Of a stretch of DNA of 64,000 nucleotides, positions 13,200 through 27,635 are shown piece by piece. Below the pieces are notes generated by a model, which saw nothing but the letters and a program-made list of their open reading frames with translations, was not told where the DNA came from and searched no databases. The DNA is from Octopus sinensis (lineage: Eukaryota). The DNA lies in NCBI RefSeq assembly GCF_006345805.1, contig NC_043009.1, forward strand, positions 40,300,001-40,364,000, in the 5' to 3' direction. Positions within the stretch are counted from its first letter, which is position 1, and each line of letters starts with the position of its first letter. A program made the position numbers and the translations under genes.

Positions 13200-13990
13200 T
13201 AATGAACTGGGATAATGACGCGAGCTGTGGATTGCTCTTTCGAAAGATTTTTCAGTCTCTTATTCATGACCTCCCAAATGCGGATGATTGCGACTTAGTT
13301 CATACAACTGAAGGTGTACAAATTCTCATGGATCATATTTCGACAACTTACAAGGCATTTGGACTCAGTATAAACCAGTGCAAAATTGTTGTAGTGTTCC
13401 AGTCTGTGTCAGGAAACGTGTATGTGAAGGAACTGTACTGAAAGTGGTTGACAATTTTGTCCACCTGATTAGCATAGCTTTAAGGCTTCGGAAGACGACT
13501 GATTCCTTCAGATCTCTTCAGTCTCATGTCTGGTCCCTGAACGGCATTACAAAGCAAAGAATATTTGCTGTGTACGTGTGTACCGACAGGGACCCATTAT
13601 AGACATCATGTAAGGGTCTTTAAACGTTTCCATCAGAAGTGTCTGAGACGCATTCTGAATGTTAGCTGGTCCTTGCAGACTCCAGACACATGGGTCTTGA
13701 GGGGAACCGACATACTGAAGCGATGGTGCACAAGCACAATTTACATTTGATGGATGAAGGATCGGTAGATCCCCAATTAGTTGTTATATGGTGAAGTTGT
13801 TTGTGAAAGGCATTCCCAGCAGAAAGCAAAACCACGATTCACAGATTGCGCAAATTAGTCGTCAATGGCACGGGAAATATGAGAGGTCAATTGGGAAAAT
13901 ATGTACGTGCTTATAAACATGCATAATGGCGGTCGTTAGGGCTAGTCCGATACCCAGGCGTGTTCGACTATTGCTCATATGAAAGCAAGA
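13200..13990 (+). mobile_element. Decayed RTE-clade LINE (RT C-terminal half)
   Basis: DLPNADDCDLVHTTEGVQILMDHIS...FGLSIN (cf. LLYADDCALVAH), TVLKVVDNFVHL, RFHQKCLRRILNVSW, LLYGEV; broken by frameshifts. Confidence 0.85.
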
Positions 13991-14091
13991 TACGAAATGT
14001 TGGAAGAGTTGAGCAAGAGAGTACGGTAAGATTACATAAGAACATTTCTATATGAGTGTTTTAAGCATTAGATATATTGCAGGATATCTAC

Positions 14092-14330
14092 TCTTTTATT
14101 CTTTTACTTGTTTCGGTCATTTGACTGCGGCCATGCTGGAGCACCGCCTTGAAAGGTTTTAGTCGAACAAATCTACCCGAGGACTTATTTCTTAAGCCTA
14201 GTACTTATTCTACCGGCCTGTTTTGCCGAACCGAGGCTGTGGTAGAAAACACTGGCTCAAGGTGCCGCACAGTCGGATTGAACCCGGAACCATGTAGCTG
14301 GAAAGCAAGCTTCTTACCACTCAGCCATGT
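14092..14330 (-). mobile_element. SINE family A, internally deleted
   Basis: Tail CTCTTTTA...TTGACTGCGGCCATGCTGGAGCACC is joined to head AAGGTGCCGCACAGTCGGATTGAACCCGGAACCATG without the central part. Confidence 0.8.
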
Positions 14331-15159
14331 CTAATATATGTATCTTAACATATTTATATAAACACAGCGCTGTAACGTTGCACACATAAAGAGATAAGCA
14401 AAGTAACGTTTCATAACAATTCACGAAAATAACAAATAACGTTTAAACACGATTGAAAAATTGAAAACAACCGGAGTAAAAAATGGAAAACACTATCCAA
14501 GCTGTGAACAACTTTAAATTAAATTCTGTCAAAACTTTGTCTAAACTTTGAAAGAAGAACATAGTCTACTTTGAAAAACAAATACGAATCTCAGTGAATA
14601 GACGAAGTCATCATAGCTAAACGTTTACGTCTCCTTCGACCAAATCGTGATTGCAATTATTGTTTATAATGGTCTTAGGTTCTTAATAATGCGTAGCTCT
14701 ACTACCAGCGTGTCCAGCAAAAGCATTATGAAATAAATGGCGAAATACTGGAAACAGTTCTACAGGGAATATGAAACAGAAAATCCCCAGGAAATCAGAC
14801 CTGATAACAGATTATTGTTTGAAGAATTTCACCTTTTATCGGTGAGATCACATACAGATGTATGGAGAAAGTATCGACACACACAAGAACTGCCCCAATG
14901 GTTATCAACTGTAACTACTGTATTCATCCTTCTAAATAGTCAAACCACCCTTGCTAAATATTAGCCCCCTCCACCACCACTAACAGCCTTCCAGAACATC
15001 ATGTACAAATATGCCTCGATATGTTTTTGCAGGATTATTGTACCACAGAAAAACATTATAACACCTGAGCAGGCTGGAAGAAAAATCTGTGTGGGTTTGA
15101 AGGAGATGGCTGGTCAAAATTTATCCTAAATCAAAAAGAGAAAGAGAATATGCATTCAT

Positions 15160-15379
15160 ACTCTCTTTACTCATTTTTACTCTTTTTACTTGTTTCTGTT
15201 ACATGACTGTGGCCATGCTGGAGCACCGTCTTTAGCCGAGCACATCGACCCCAGGACGTATTCTTTGTAAGCCTAGTACTTATTCTATCGATCTCTTTAG
15301 CCTAACCGCTAAGATACGGGAAGTATACACACCAGCATCGGTTGTTAAGTGATATTGGGGTACAAACACAGACACACAA

Positions 15380-15425
<46 letters not shown>

Positions 15426-15610
15426 ACATATATACATGCATATATACGACGCGCTTCTTTCAGTTTCCGTCTACCAAATCCACTCATAAGGCTTTAGTCG
15501 ACCCGAGGCTATAATAGATGACACTTGCCTAAGGTGCCACGCAGTGGGACTGAACCCGGAACCATGTGGTTGGTAAGCAAGCTACTTACCACACAGCCAC
15601 TCCTACGCCT
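15160..15610 (-). mobile_element. SINE family A, full length
   Basis: Complete head, (CA)n centre and tail. Confidence 0.9.
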
Positions 15611-16169
15611 CATACATCCATAGATAGATAGATAGATACATGATCAGCTTCTCTACATGTCTCTGTCTAGATGACATTGGTCCAACCAAGACACACAATA
15701 AAAGATAACTATGTAGTGGGACCGAAGACGGAAGTACTTGGCTGCGAAGCGAACCTTGTTACAATACAGTGAAGCCTGGGGCCATATAGTGTAGTTTTAC
15801 ATGAAATGAGTTGTTAATTGGTACACACTCTTGTATTACATATTATGATATTATACAATATGGATATTTCTTTGTTGATTGTGTCAGCAAGATGACAGAT
15901 TGTCGATAGACATGTCTGCAGTTTGTATCTGCACACAAATGATTGGTTGTCTTTATGTTCAGGACTCATGTCTCTCGATCGTTAAGTCCGCCATATATAG
16001 CTAAAAACAGACTGTGTGCGTGGTGTGTATGTACCTGTGTATTTGTGGTCGTTGAGTCGACATGTGTTGCGCATGTGTGTGTGTATATATATGTGAATGA
16101 GTACGTATGTGGTGAGTGTGTATGTGCGTGCGTGTGTGTGTGTGTGTGTGTGCGTGCGTGTGTGTGTGT

Positions 16170-16229
<60 letters not shown>

Positions 16230-16559
16230 CGTACTTGCGTGGTTTGTGTTATGCATAACGCAGTGTGAATCAGCTGTACTGAAATAAATTTAAATATTAG
16301 AAAGACAGACGTGATAAGGAATTATATAAGAATGTAAACGCATTCCTTGTATTACACATGTACTCTCTCTCTCTCTCACACACACAAATACACACACACA
16401 CATACAAGATGTCGCAACAAAATGCATTCACACATTGAACGATTGTAAAGTCAATGTTTATTAAAATACATTTCAATTTCAAAATTTAATAGAATCTACA
16501 GACATAATTCAATTTTCTGTGAACGCCTCTTTTCAAACTGATGGCCTTTCTGCACCAAA

Positions 16560-17310
16560 CACTGCTGATAAAGCGAACCAATGAGACTGTAAAAAGCAAG
16601 AAACAATTCGCTCGGTCTTTTTGCGCATTCGCGTTCAATGATTGTCCTCAATTCGTCGATTGTTGCCGGTTTTGTACTGTAAACTGTGTATTTTAAGTAC
16701 GTTCTTAAAATGCTTAGTGTAAGCTAATCGAACCATTTCATTTACACGTAGTCTCATCACTTGAAACAGTCTTTGATGACAGTGCGCATCTCCTACATAT
16801 CTTACTAAGTGCCTCTTGCAAAACTCCACCCTTCGGTTGGGATCATCTTCACTGAAGACAAGGATTATTCTTAGAATGTAACTTTTCCTATGACAGGGCT
16901 TCAAAATGTGATAGACGCTTGATTTTGGAATTCTCATCCCACGAATCACTTGGAGATTTAATTGAACAGATTTTCTATCGAACTCTGGTAATACGTCTCT
17001 AATACCTATTTCTTTATTACCCACAAGAGGCTAAACACAGAGGGGACAAACAAGGACAGACATAGGTATTAAGTCGATTACATCGACCCCAGTGCGTAAC
17101 TGGTACTTAATTTATCGACCCCGAAAGGATGAAAGGCAAAGTCGACCTCGGCGGAATTTGAACTCACAACGTAACGCAGACGAAATACCGCTAAGCATTT
17201 CGCCCGGCGTGCTAACGTTTCTGTCAGCTCGCCGCCTTACGTCTCTAATACCTTGTGGGGCTAGTCTCTGCTTATTAAGAATGATATTACTGATCGCCAA
17301 CCTTCGTGTA
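16560..17310 (-). mobile_element. Tc1/mariner-like transposase relic
   Basis: Minus ORF contains RKSVQ...IPKSSVYHILK...FSEDDPNRRVEFC, typical of the HTH-to-DDE linker of these transposases. Split by a SINE. Confidence 0.7.
17008..17237 (-). mobile_element. SINE family B, young type, with 16-bp TSD
   Basis: TACGTCTCTAATACCT occurs at 16992-17007 and 17238-17253. Head GGCGGCGAGCTGACAGAAACGTTAGC, B-box-like GAGTTCAAATTCC. Confidence 0.93.
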
Positions 17311-17391
17311 AAATAAGGATAATGTAGAGAATAATGTAGTGCGTCAAGAACCGAAATTTCTTCAGATGTGTATGCTTTAGGTATCGTAGAT

Positions 17392-17662
17392 TAGGATTCT
17401 GCGAATAAAATGCAAAAAGGAGGGGATATGGGAGTTCTGCTCTCCCGCCTGTTTTTCAGAGTTTAGTTTTAATTTTTTTTTCTCGCGAAAATTATTTCAA
17501 CTTTGTTTTAAAAAGTTTCGCCTATTTATAAAGAAGCACAATTTCAGTGGTTTAAAAACATAACTCTAAAAAATAAAAATTATTCAAAAGATTATCAGGA
17601 ATGAAAAATTTCGAGAGTAAAACAAAACAACAAAAGCATTTGCTTTTTATTCCAGGATCGTA
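17392..17662. mobile_element. MITE with ~25-bp imperfect TIRs and TA ends
   Basis: TAGGATTCTGCGAATAAAATGCAAA pairs imperfectly with TTTGCTTTTTATTCCAGGATCGTA. Confidence 0.55.
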
Positions 17663-17959
17663 ATTTCCGATGCTTAAAACCTACGCATAGGAAGACGCAA
17701 GGTCACACTAGTCTAGAGAATTCCTGACTATATTCTGTAGGAACAACTCCGTTCTGATATCATAGTATCTTACACGGTATATAAATTAGCATGTGCCAAA
17801 TTATCTATAGCATTGTGAGATCTTATCTGTGTGTAGAAAGGAAATATATTTGCTCTGTATATATTTAATAACAGATGAAATAGAATACGTCACCATGTGT
17901 GGTGAAATATGTTATCATTACTTTCAAGCTGTGATAATATAACAGCGTGGCATATTAGA

Positions 17960-18275
17960 TGATGTAGCTGTTATTGTTGTTGTTGTCGTTGTCGTCATCG
18001 TCGGTAGCAGCGGCTTTGGTTGTTGTTGACGACGATGATGCTGTCTGTTGCTGCTGTTGCTGTAGTTGGTGTTGTCGTCATCAGTGTCGCCGTTGTTACA
18101 CTTGTTGGTGCTGCTGTGAAGCTGTCATCGATATTGTTGTTGCTGTTATTGCCGTGGTGTTGTCAATGGAGTTTCAGTTGTTGTTGTCGTTGCTGTTGCT
18201 GTTGTTGTTCTTGCGGTTGTTGGTGTTGTTGCTCTCATCGTCGTTGTCGTCGACGTCCTCCTCCTCCTCCTCCAA
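17960..18275. repeat. Degenerate (GTT/GCT/GTC)n trinucleotide region
   Basis: Directly visible. Confidence 0.85.
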
Positions 18276-18554
18276 GTCAAACCCAGTGGCGTAGACCCAC
18301 GACCGAAGACATTCTTACCGTGAACATCCTGTTTTTCTTCTCTGTTTTCAGAACATATAAGACTACATTATTGAATGCCTCATTTCCTTATTCAAGAGTT
18401 TGACATAAGGAAGATTTGGCTGTTATTTCGAGCCTGCAATTACAGACTCCTTCTTTGCCTATCCACATTATTTGTGTCGCTGCAATATGTAATTCGATAC
18501 AGTCTTAGGATTGAAACAAGTAAATGACTAAATGGGTAAAAGAAAGTGTACCTG

Positions 18555-18690
18555 TATGTGTTTATTGTTCAAATTTACATGAAATAAAAGACGAAGGCAG
18601 GTGAGCGAACAACAAGCAGGTGTTTTAGTTTAACGCTCGGGAAGAATGGAAAAGTTTGAGGTTTCGAGCCTACGCTCTTCGGCAGAAGCT
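18555..18690 (-). repeat. Interspersed repeat with hammerhead-like motif, copy 1
   Basis: Homologous to 62960-63080. Minus strand reads CUGCCGAA-GAGC-GUAG-GCUC-GAAAC-CUC. Confidence 0.6.
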
Positions 18691-19809
18691 GTGGCGCTGG
18701 AACAGCAACGTAGAGACCAGCGAATTTTAAGTTGAATGAAAATTATATAGAAATATTAAACGAATAGTAGAACTAATTAAATTTCTATTAATTTGAATGA
18801 TTACATAAAGTACACTGAAGAATGTAGTCTAAGGTCCTCTATTCCTGAAAAATGACTACGGAGACGTTTCATTACCCTTGCTCAATTAAAACAAACATAA
18901 ACAATCCAATTCATCTTTCTCATTTTCTTTTTTCATTTGTGATTAAACCTTTATGCAAAATACTTCTCCCTTCATTAATAGTTAGATATATACATTGCTT
19001 GTATCTATCTCTCTCTTTCTGTCTGTCTGCCTGTCTCTCTCTCTTTCTTTCTTTCTTCTGACCTATTACACCCCCACCCCTTTCTCCTCACACTTCTTTA
19101 TCCCCTTTTCTTTCTCTCGCCGCTTCTGTCTCTCTTACTGTCTGTCTTTGAAACTACCTACCTACCTACCTACCTACCTGCCTGCCTGCCTGCCTGTCTG
19201 TCTGTCTGTCTGTCTACTTATCTTTATTTTACTGGTTGTCTTTCTATCATTCTATTTATCTATCCATCGCACTATAGGCACTCTACGAAAACTAGATACT
19301 AACCCACATCCTTAACAATTGGTAATGCCTACAAAACTAGAGGGATTATTCATTGCCACATACTCGGCATTACAATAAGGCCTACGAAGCAAAGACTCCC
19401 GGGACTACCCAAGCCCAGTGACAGCAATAGGGAAAGGACAACAAAGAGAAGAAATAATAACCCCACATCATTAAAAATATGATATGTCCTACGAAGACTA
19501 CAGATAAGTCTACATGCTTGGACATTGAGAATAGGATATATCGTAGACATGAGAATGAGGTGAGGTTTTGTTTCATAACATGGCTGGCAAGAAACTGAAG
19601 TCGAATTTCCTGCGAATCATAACCTAACACGATCTGGCTGCAGTAAAACTCAAATCTTTTTAAAACCACATACTATGAACTTGTGAAAACGACACATAGG
19701 GAATGTGGTGCGGAGAATATTATATTTTGGGGAAAGGAGAGGAGTGAAAATGAATGATATGAACCTGATCATAAGACAGCACCACTAAGGCTAAACAACA
19801 ACTTTACAA

Positions 19810-19851
<42 letters not shown>

Positions 19852-19867
19852 ATATTGGGAAGAGACG

Positions 19868-20190
19868 TGTCTTAGCTGTCAGGGTACTCGGCTCACGATC
19901 ATAGTGTGGTGAGTTCGATACCCGGCTGCATGTTGTGTTCTTGAGCAAGACACTTTATTTCACGCTGTTCCAGTCCACTCAGCCGGTAAAAATGATTGGT
20001 ACCTTTATTTCAAAGGACCAGCCTTGTCATATTTTGTTTTCACGCTGAATCTCCTTGAGAGAGTCTCTTTAAGGTTATGCGCGTCTGTTGGAATGCTCTT
20101 CCACTTGCACGTTAATTTCACGAGCAGGCTGTTCCATCGATCGGATCACCAGCTAGAACTCTCGTCATCATAACCGACGGAGTACCAGTT
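19868..20190 (+). mobile_element. tRNA-derived SINE family D
   Basis: GAGTTCGATACCCGG box and TTGTGTTCTTGAGCAAGACACTTTATTTCACG core. Its 3' part TTAATTTCACGAGCAGGCTGTTCC...AACCGACGGAGT is shared with the 57293 SINE. Confidence 0.8.
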
Positions 20191-20629
20191 TTGATTCACA
20201 CACACACACACACACTAACACCGATGCACGCACGCACACACAGACACCACGTATCTATACTGTCTCACAGGAATCTAGATTAGATATTGCAAGGTAAAAT
20301 GCCATGTACATTAGAACATCATTTTACTTTTATTTTGCTGCTGAGTGTAACGGCCTTTAGTGAATATTTTTATACGCCATTGCTTTCTTTCTGTGTAGGA
20401 GCTACAATAAAACGAACAAAAAAGAGAAAAGTAAGAAAACGAATAAAAGAATAAAAGAATGAAAGAATTAAGAAATCAAAAAACTAAAAGAAAAACAAGA
20501 AACAAAAAAACAGACAAAAGAATTCATAAACCTGGAATGATCCTTACAATTCAGAAAATTGCTTCAAGATAAAAATCCTCGATATTAAGAAGAGGCAACG
20601 GTAGGATTAACATCAATATTTGCTTTAGC

Positions 20630-20653
20630 CATACATACATACATATATATATA

Positions 20654-20704
<51 letters not shown>

Positions 20705-20728
20705 ATATATACATATATACATATACAG

Positions 20729-20793
<65 letters not shown>

Positions 20794-21500
20794 ATATATA
20801 TATATATTATATGTAGCATATTATTATTGCTTAGTTTTCGTCTCTGAAGCACGTCACGACCAAGCGATCATCGATTTTCGCTGATCGTCATTAAGAGTTA
20901 CAGTGTGTAGAAGAATTAGTATCGCCTACAAACTGCCTGAGGACATTCAAAGAGACGTTTATTGCCGTAGCTTATAAATTTCATCTGTCCAGTGACATAT
21001 CTGCAAATGTATTTCTCTATGTGTGTGTCTCTGCATAACAACGTTCCGCATATGTGTAAATCTATACGCACTTATAAACACACGTAGAAACACGAGTCCA
21101 CACACTCACACACACACACACACACACACACCACACACACACACACACTCACAAACAAACAAACAGAAATACAGAAGCACACACACAATTTATTCGTCCG
21201 TGCTTATCAGTGCATGCGATAACGTATGTATATAACTGTATGCACGCGTTTATGTATGCATGTATGTATGTATGTATATATGTATGTATGTACGTATGTA
21301 CGTATGCATGTATGTGCGATCGATACGCATATGTATAAGTGTGTGTGTCTGTGTATATACAGACATGAACTTTTGGATATACATACATATATATATATAC
21401 ATATGCACACACATGCATACATATATATATGCGATTGTATATAAATATATAATTATATATATATATATGTATATATATATATGTGTGTGTGTGTATGCAT
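20630..21500. repeat. (TA)n, (CA)n and (TATG)n microsatellite blocks
   Basis: Directly visible; interrupted by about 280 bp of unique sequence. Confidence 0.85.
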
Positions 21501-22486
21501 ATGTATGGTGTTTATTCAGAACTTGTAACATCGATTACCATATATCTCATTCCAAGAAACATTTATATTAATTCTGTTGTGAAGAAAATCTGTTCCCCAT
21601 ATATATTGATCGTGGAAGCATGCGCATCGTTGACAAGTTTCCTACGCTAGCATGCCATTCTTAGTTCGAACACAGTACTCAGTACATTGACCAAGCGTAT
21701 TTTGCCCGAACGTAGGGTCAACACGAAACTGACAATTAGAATTAGAGAACCGGATTCTGTGTATATGTACATAGATGTGTATATGTGTGTGTATGTATGA
21801 CTGTATTTATGTGTGTATGTATGCGTATATGTATGTATATTAACAAGCTATCAATAAATGAAAACGAAGCATGCAGGAAATATATTGCATTACTTTATCT
21901 AAGTTAATATTTCGGGAAAGATTCCCTCTTTCAAAATAAAATAGAAAAAAATATTCTAAAATTCGGAGAAACGTTTTGTTTAAGTCAGGCCTTTTTGTGA
22001 TACTTCGATTTGAAAAAATGAATACTTTCTGAAATATAGGATAATCTAAATATCGCTGTAAGGTAACAGCATACCATTGCTCTTTGTTTCCATCACCTTA
22101 CATATTTTGCCTAATTTCTTCCTTGCCTTTCTCAAATCTTTTTCAAAAATGTTAAGGTTCATTGCAGTACGTTATACAAAGTTGCAAAGTACAACACGCA
22201 CTTACAATATGAGTTTGTGTGCGTATCTGTGTCTGCGCGCGCGTGTATGTATGTGTATACATATAAAATGCATTCACATACGTATACACGTATGAATAAA
22301 GAATTAGTGGAAACAGTTGTAAGCTAATGTAGTTCATAAGATAACCAGTTTTTCTTTTGTCATCTCTTTTTGTAGTACCACTCTGTACTTAACTAACTTC
22401 TCATTCAGAAGCATACCTATACTGAGTTCTACACCAGGTTATTGGTATTGCAATGCCTACGTGATTTATATATATATATATGTATA

Positions 22487-22658
22487 TATAATCAAAATAA
22501 GCAACAAGAATTTCCAGAGGTAATGCAGTACGATCGTTTCATGCGACTCCATTTAACTGAACTATGCAAATATCACATCAATTTAAAATTTATTGGAGTC
22601 GCATGAAACGACCGTACTGCATTATCTATGGATATCCTTATTGCTTATTTTGATTATA
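22487..22658. mobile_element. Fold-back MITE, 65-bp arms, TA ends
   Basis: 22487-22551 is a ~90% identical reverse complement of 22594-22658, with a 42-bp AT-rich spacer. Confidence 0.85.
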
Positions 22659-22747
22659 ATCACCCCATTTTGAATTATATGGATAATACCAAACTAAAGC
22701 TGGTGCCTTTAACTTAAGTATCATATTCAACTGAATCTAAATTTTAC

Positions 22748-22830
<83 letters not shown>

Positions 22831-22871
22831 CATATATATATTATATATACATACATATTTATATATATATT

Positions 22872-22907
<36 letters not shown>

Positions 22908-24192
22908 AGAGAGAGAGAGACAGAGAGAGAGACAGAGAGAGAGAGACAGAGAGAGAGACAGACTAATTGAAGCACTAGTAGATGGTATTTTCAAATTGTC
23001 TTCGTACATGATTTTCATGCGAACAGATGGCAGGATAGGCGAGTGGTGGCACGATGCAATGTAACACCATCGCTGGAATTTCATAAGTTGTGTTTTATTT
23101 TCTTTCGATCTACCCACTTTACATATTGTATTTCCTATTAACATTCTCTTGTCTCCATTCTGTCTGGTTAGTAATTTTTAGATTTCTTAACTGGAAGTAT
23201 TCTTCTGATAAGAATGCTGAATAGACACATTCTTTTTGGGCTTCAAATCGTGTTTGTAACGTAATTTATCTTTAAGAACATATTTTTGTCCTTTCCAGTT
23301 TTCATATAGTCGCAGATTCTGTTGCAACAGAAGTTGTAAATCTAGTAGTTTTTCCAAAAGTAATGTCTGTGAATGAAGTACTTCATTTGTATAGCATTCT
23401 TGTTAAAGATAGTTTCTGTTGATATTGTCCGTTTTGTTTACTTAAGCCCTCTAGAGCTATCCAAATTATACTTTTTGTTGTTACAGACACACACACAAAA
23501 AATTATTATTACGTATTTACATGCTAACTTCAAACTCTGCTACCAGCATATGGGAATACTTAAAAATCTGCATGTGCTACCAAAGGCATTCGACTCGGAG
23601 GAATGGAAACCTAGCTCTTAGAGACAACATTGTTTTGAAAGAATTCCCCTCAAGTTTTTTTTTTCGGGGGCGGGGAGGTTCCTGCATGCAATTTCCGGTT
23701 TGTTAAATATACAGGGAGTAACATTTGTAACTCAAGTCATCTTAGTGGCAAAATACTCTCACTAGAGAGAGAGATAAATTAGCAAATCTCTTTAGCAATA
23801 CCGGCGCAGTTCTTTTGATTCCGTTGTCATAGTATTTGTTTCATATATTTCCCCCCATTTAATTTCAAATGTTACTTTCGCTCTTTGTGTTTTTTCCACA
23901 GCAAACGAAGTGTGAGTTCGTTCATCTGAGAACCTTTTCATTAACAACAACAAGAATCACACTGTTTTAAGTAGCGGTATTTTCATTTACAACACCCCTT
24001 TTACACATACTATAATATTCTTTTTCATATACCAATGTTTAGCTATTAATACATACATACATACATACATATATATGTATATATAATATATATATATATA
24101 TTATATATATATTTATACATATACATATATGCGTGTGTATGTATGTGTGTGTGTATATATTTATATATAAATATATATATATTTATATATAA

Positions 24193-24227
<35 letters not shown>

Positions 24228-24929
24228 TAAATATACATATATATATATATATACACACACACAGAAGAAACACGCACAAACATATGAGTATTGATGTGTG
24301 TGTGTGTGTGTGTGTATGTGTGTGTGTGTGTGTGGTGTGTGTGTGTGTGTGTGTGTGTCCGTCCTAGGAATTCATATGTACATATCAAAGCGTTTCTACT
24401 CAATGATAACCTTAACCGAAATATTGTGTTGATATTCTTCAATACCAAACGTATGATGCATTATTATGTTCTCATTTGAAATATCTTTATTCACCATACA
24501 TCAATAATTCACATCAGATACTTGTGAAATGATATTATTTCTGTGCAGAGCTTAATCTCCGTTGTCAATCATATTTGTTATTCATTAACAGATTCATCGG
24601 AGCCACATAGCTATTAAGACAAGGCTTTTGCACAATGGTTTTTTTTTTCCTCTCTCTCTTTTTGCTCACACATACTCACAAATATATATTCAGAAATGTG
24701 ATTGGAAGACAAATGTCTGAATGAAAATGACCAACTAAGCTACATTTGTAATTGAAATTAACCTGATAAATGAACACTGAATATTGGCTTCTGTCGATTA
24801 TTTACAGTGCAACTTTGTTTGAGAGATAAATTATAATCAGGCCTATCTCAGTACACTACAGCTACTTATACCAAAGACCCCATTGTGGGGACTATTTATT
24901 TTTATTCTCTTTTGGTATCTCATGTTGGT

Positions 24930-25153
24930 AAATAATGATTTCGAATTTTGGCACACAAGGCCAGCAAGTTCGGGCGTTGGTGTAAATCGATTACGTCGAC
25001 TCCACTGCTCAGCTGGTACATATTTCTGCGACCCCGAAATGATAGAAAGCAATGTCGACTTCGGCGGAATTTGAACTCAGAACGTAAAGACGGATGAAAT
25101 GCCGCAAAGCAATTTGCCCGGCGTGCTAACGGTTCTGCCAGCTCGCCGCCTTA
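24930..25153 (-). mobile_element. SINE family B, old-type tail
   Basis: Head GGCGGCGAGCTGGCAGAACCGTTAGC and tail GGCCTTGTGTGCCAAAATTCGAAA on the minus strand. Confidence 0.85.
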
Positions 25154-25475
25154 TGTTGGTTGAATAATAGCCTCACTGGTTATAAGGTTCTATTTTACCA
25201 TCAACGAGGGGGACAAGACTGTGGAGTGAAGTCGGTGCTGAATAAATAAGACAAAGGACTTCATTCGAAAAGCACCGGTTTTAGACGTTTGAAAGATACA
25301 TATGCGCGCACAGTGCGGGTGTGCGTGTGTATGTAAAATTTATACATACATAAAACATACATACACACGTATACATATATGTATGAGTATGCATGTATAT
25401 GGGTATATAGATGTATATAAATATATGTGCCAATGTATACTACATATATTCTTATATATATATAAATGTATATGC

Positions 25476-25522
<47 letters not shown>

Positions 25523-25789
25523 GTGTGTGTGTGTGTATGTATGTTTGTACGTATATATGGGGATCTGCCTTTCTTTTTTGCATGTTTTATTGAAAGTACG
25601 ACTGTTCAAATTTTATATTTTTACCAAGTTATTTTTCATTAAAAAATTATATGAAATCCTTATACTTTGTCTGGAACAGTGGCGTTTCTAAATCCATTAT
25701 TAGCATTTCTAGATCTCGCAGTCCTATCTTCGGGCTGTAATTACGTTAGTGTCTTTTAATACGTCTCAATATCAGGCAAGCCTATAGTA

Positions 25790-26680
25790 GTGTGCTAGCA
25801 GAATCGTTAGCACGCGGGGCGAAATGCTTAGTGGTATTTCGTCTGCCGTTACGTTCTGACTTCAAATTCCGTCGAGGTCGACTTTGCCTTTCATCCTTTC
25901 GGGGTCGATAAATTAAGTACCAGTTACGCACTGGGGTCGATGTAATCGACTTAATCCGTTTGTCTGTCCTTGTTTGTCCCCTATGTGTTTAGCCCCTTGT
26001 GGGTAGTAAAGAAATATGTATTTCGTCTGCTGTTATGTCCTGAATTCAAATTCCGCCAAGGTCGACTTTGCCTTTTATCCTTTCGGGGTCGATAAATTAA
26101 GTACCAGTTACACACTGGGGGTCGATATAATCGACTTAATCCGTTTGTCTGTCCTTGTTTGTCCCATCTATGTTTAGCCCCTTGTGGGCAATAAAGAAAT
26201 AAGTATCGTTAACACGTCGGGGAAAATGCTTAGCGACATTTCGTTCGTTTTTACGTTCTGCGTTCAAATTCTGCCGAGGTCGAATTTACCTTTCATCCTT
26301 TCGGGGTCGATAAATTAAGTACCAGTTGAGTACTGGGGTCGATATAATTGATTTACCCTCTCTCTTCGAAATTTCTGGCCTGGTACCAAAATTTGAAACC
26401 GATATTAGGCAGGTCTAGGTTTGTGAGCTGGCAGAATCGTTAGCATGCCGGGTAAAATATCTGGCGGCATTTCGTGCCGCCTTATGTTCTGAGTTCAAAT
26501 TCTACCGAGGTCGACTTTGCCTTTCATCCTTTCGGGGTCGATAAATTAAGTACCAGTTACGCACTGGGGTCGATGTAATCAACTTAATCCGTCTAAGCAC
26601 TGAGGTCAACGTAATTGTCTAACTCATTTAACCGAACTTGATGGCCTTGTGCTAAAATTTGTAACCACCATTAGGCAATC
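25790..26680 (+). mobile_element. Cluster of four head-to-tail family B SINE copies
   Basis: The core GTCGACTTTGCCTTTCATCCTTTCGGGGTCGATAAATTAAGTACCAG, with minor variants, recurs at about 25876, 26061, 26278 and 26510. Confidence 0.9.
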
Positions 26681-27635
26681 TTAATATGATTGGTGTAGAT
26701 ATCACAGGAATTTGAGCGTTAGGCATATATGTTATCAATCACGCATTACTTTTTGTTTTCCCAGAAATGTCATTGCGTATATATTTTAGTATTGCAATGT
26801 GAATATTGATTGCATCATTAATCTTCATTTTGTGAGAAATGATGTATAGTTGTATTGTCCACTAATATTTCCATATAGTTCTTTCTTGCGTTGTACAGGG
26901 TAATATTTTGCAATTGTTTCTCATTATAAGTTTATAATGCGCTGATGTGAAACTATTTCGCTGAAAGAGTTTGCGATGAATTTTTTGTCAGTTCGCGGAG
27001 AAATAAGGAACTCTTACAGATGCTTTTATTACTGCATTTAGCATATTCAGAGTTTTAATTAGGTAACATTGTCTTCTAGATTCTTCAGAATTCTCACGAA
27101 TTTGTTTTTATGAATTAATTTAATTTTTATTTATATAATATTGTATATATGCAGGCAACGGTAAAAAAAAATACACAAATAACCCTTTCTTTTTAAACTA
27201 TTAGGAGGTAAGGCAATATCCATGACACTTTACATGGCTTCTGAAACAGGCGAGTGCGAGAGAAGTTATTCTCAAACGAAAGACTCGCCTGAACGCATGC
27301 ACCAGTATGGACCCCGCTGAAAGTATCCGAGGTACCATATGGTGACAGTTGACAAGTGCTGTATTTAGTTTTCCAACTGAGTAGGCTACGACTGGATTTG
27401 AACATAGAACGCAAAGACTTAGAACAATTACCGTAAGGAATCTGATCTTCCATTCATGCAGTGTCGCCAATCAACCGCCATGAATTGGTAGCTTCTTATC
27501 TGCTACGGAAAGATACACGGTAAAGTTGAACACGGTGGGATTTAAACTCAGAGCGTAGAGAATCGTCGCAAATATCACTATGCATTCTGTCAGACCCTCT
27601 AACGACCCTCAACTCGTCGCCTAGAGCCATAATAT

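Noticed and set aside
27204-27206. Apparent 3-nt microexon (TTAG|GAG|GTAAGG)
   Set aside because: Such a short pattern is expected by chance in 64 kb, and no host gene is evident.
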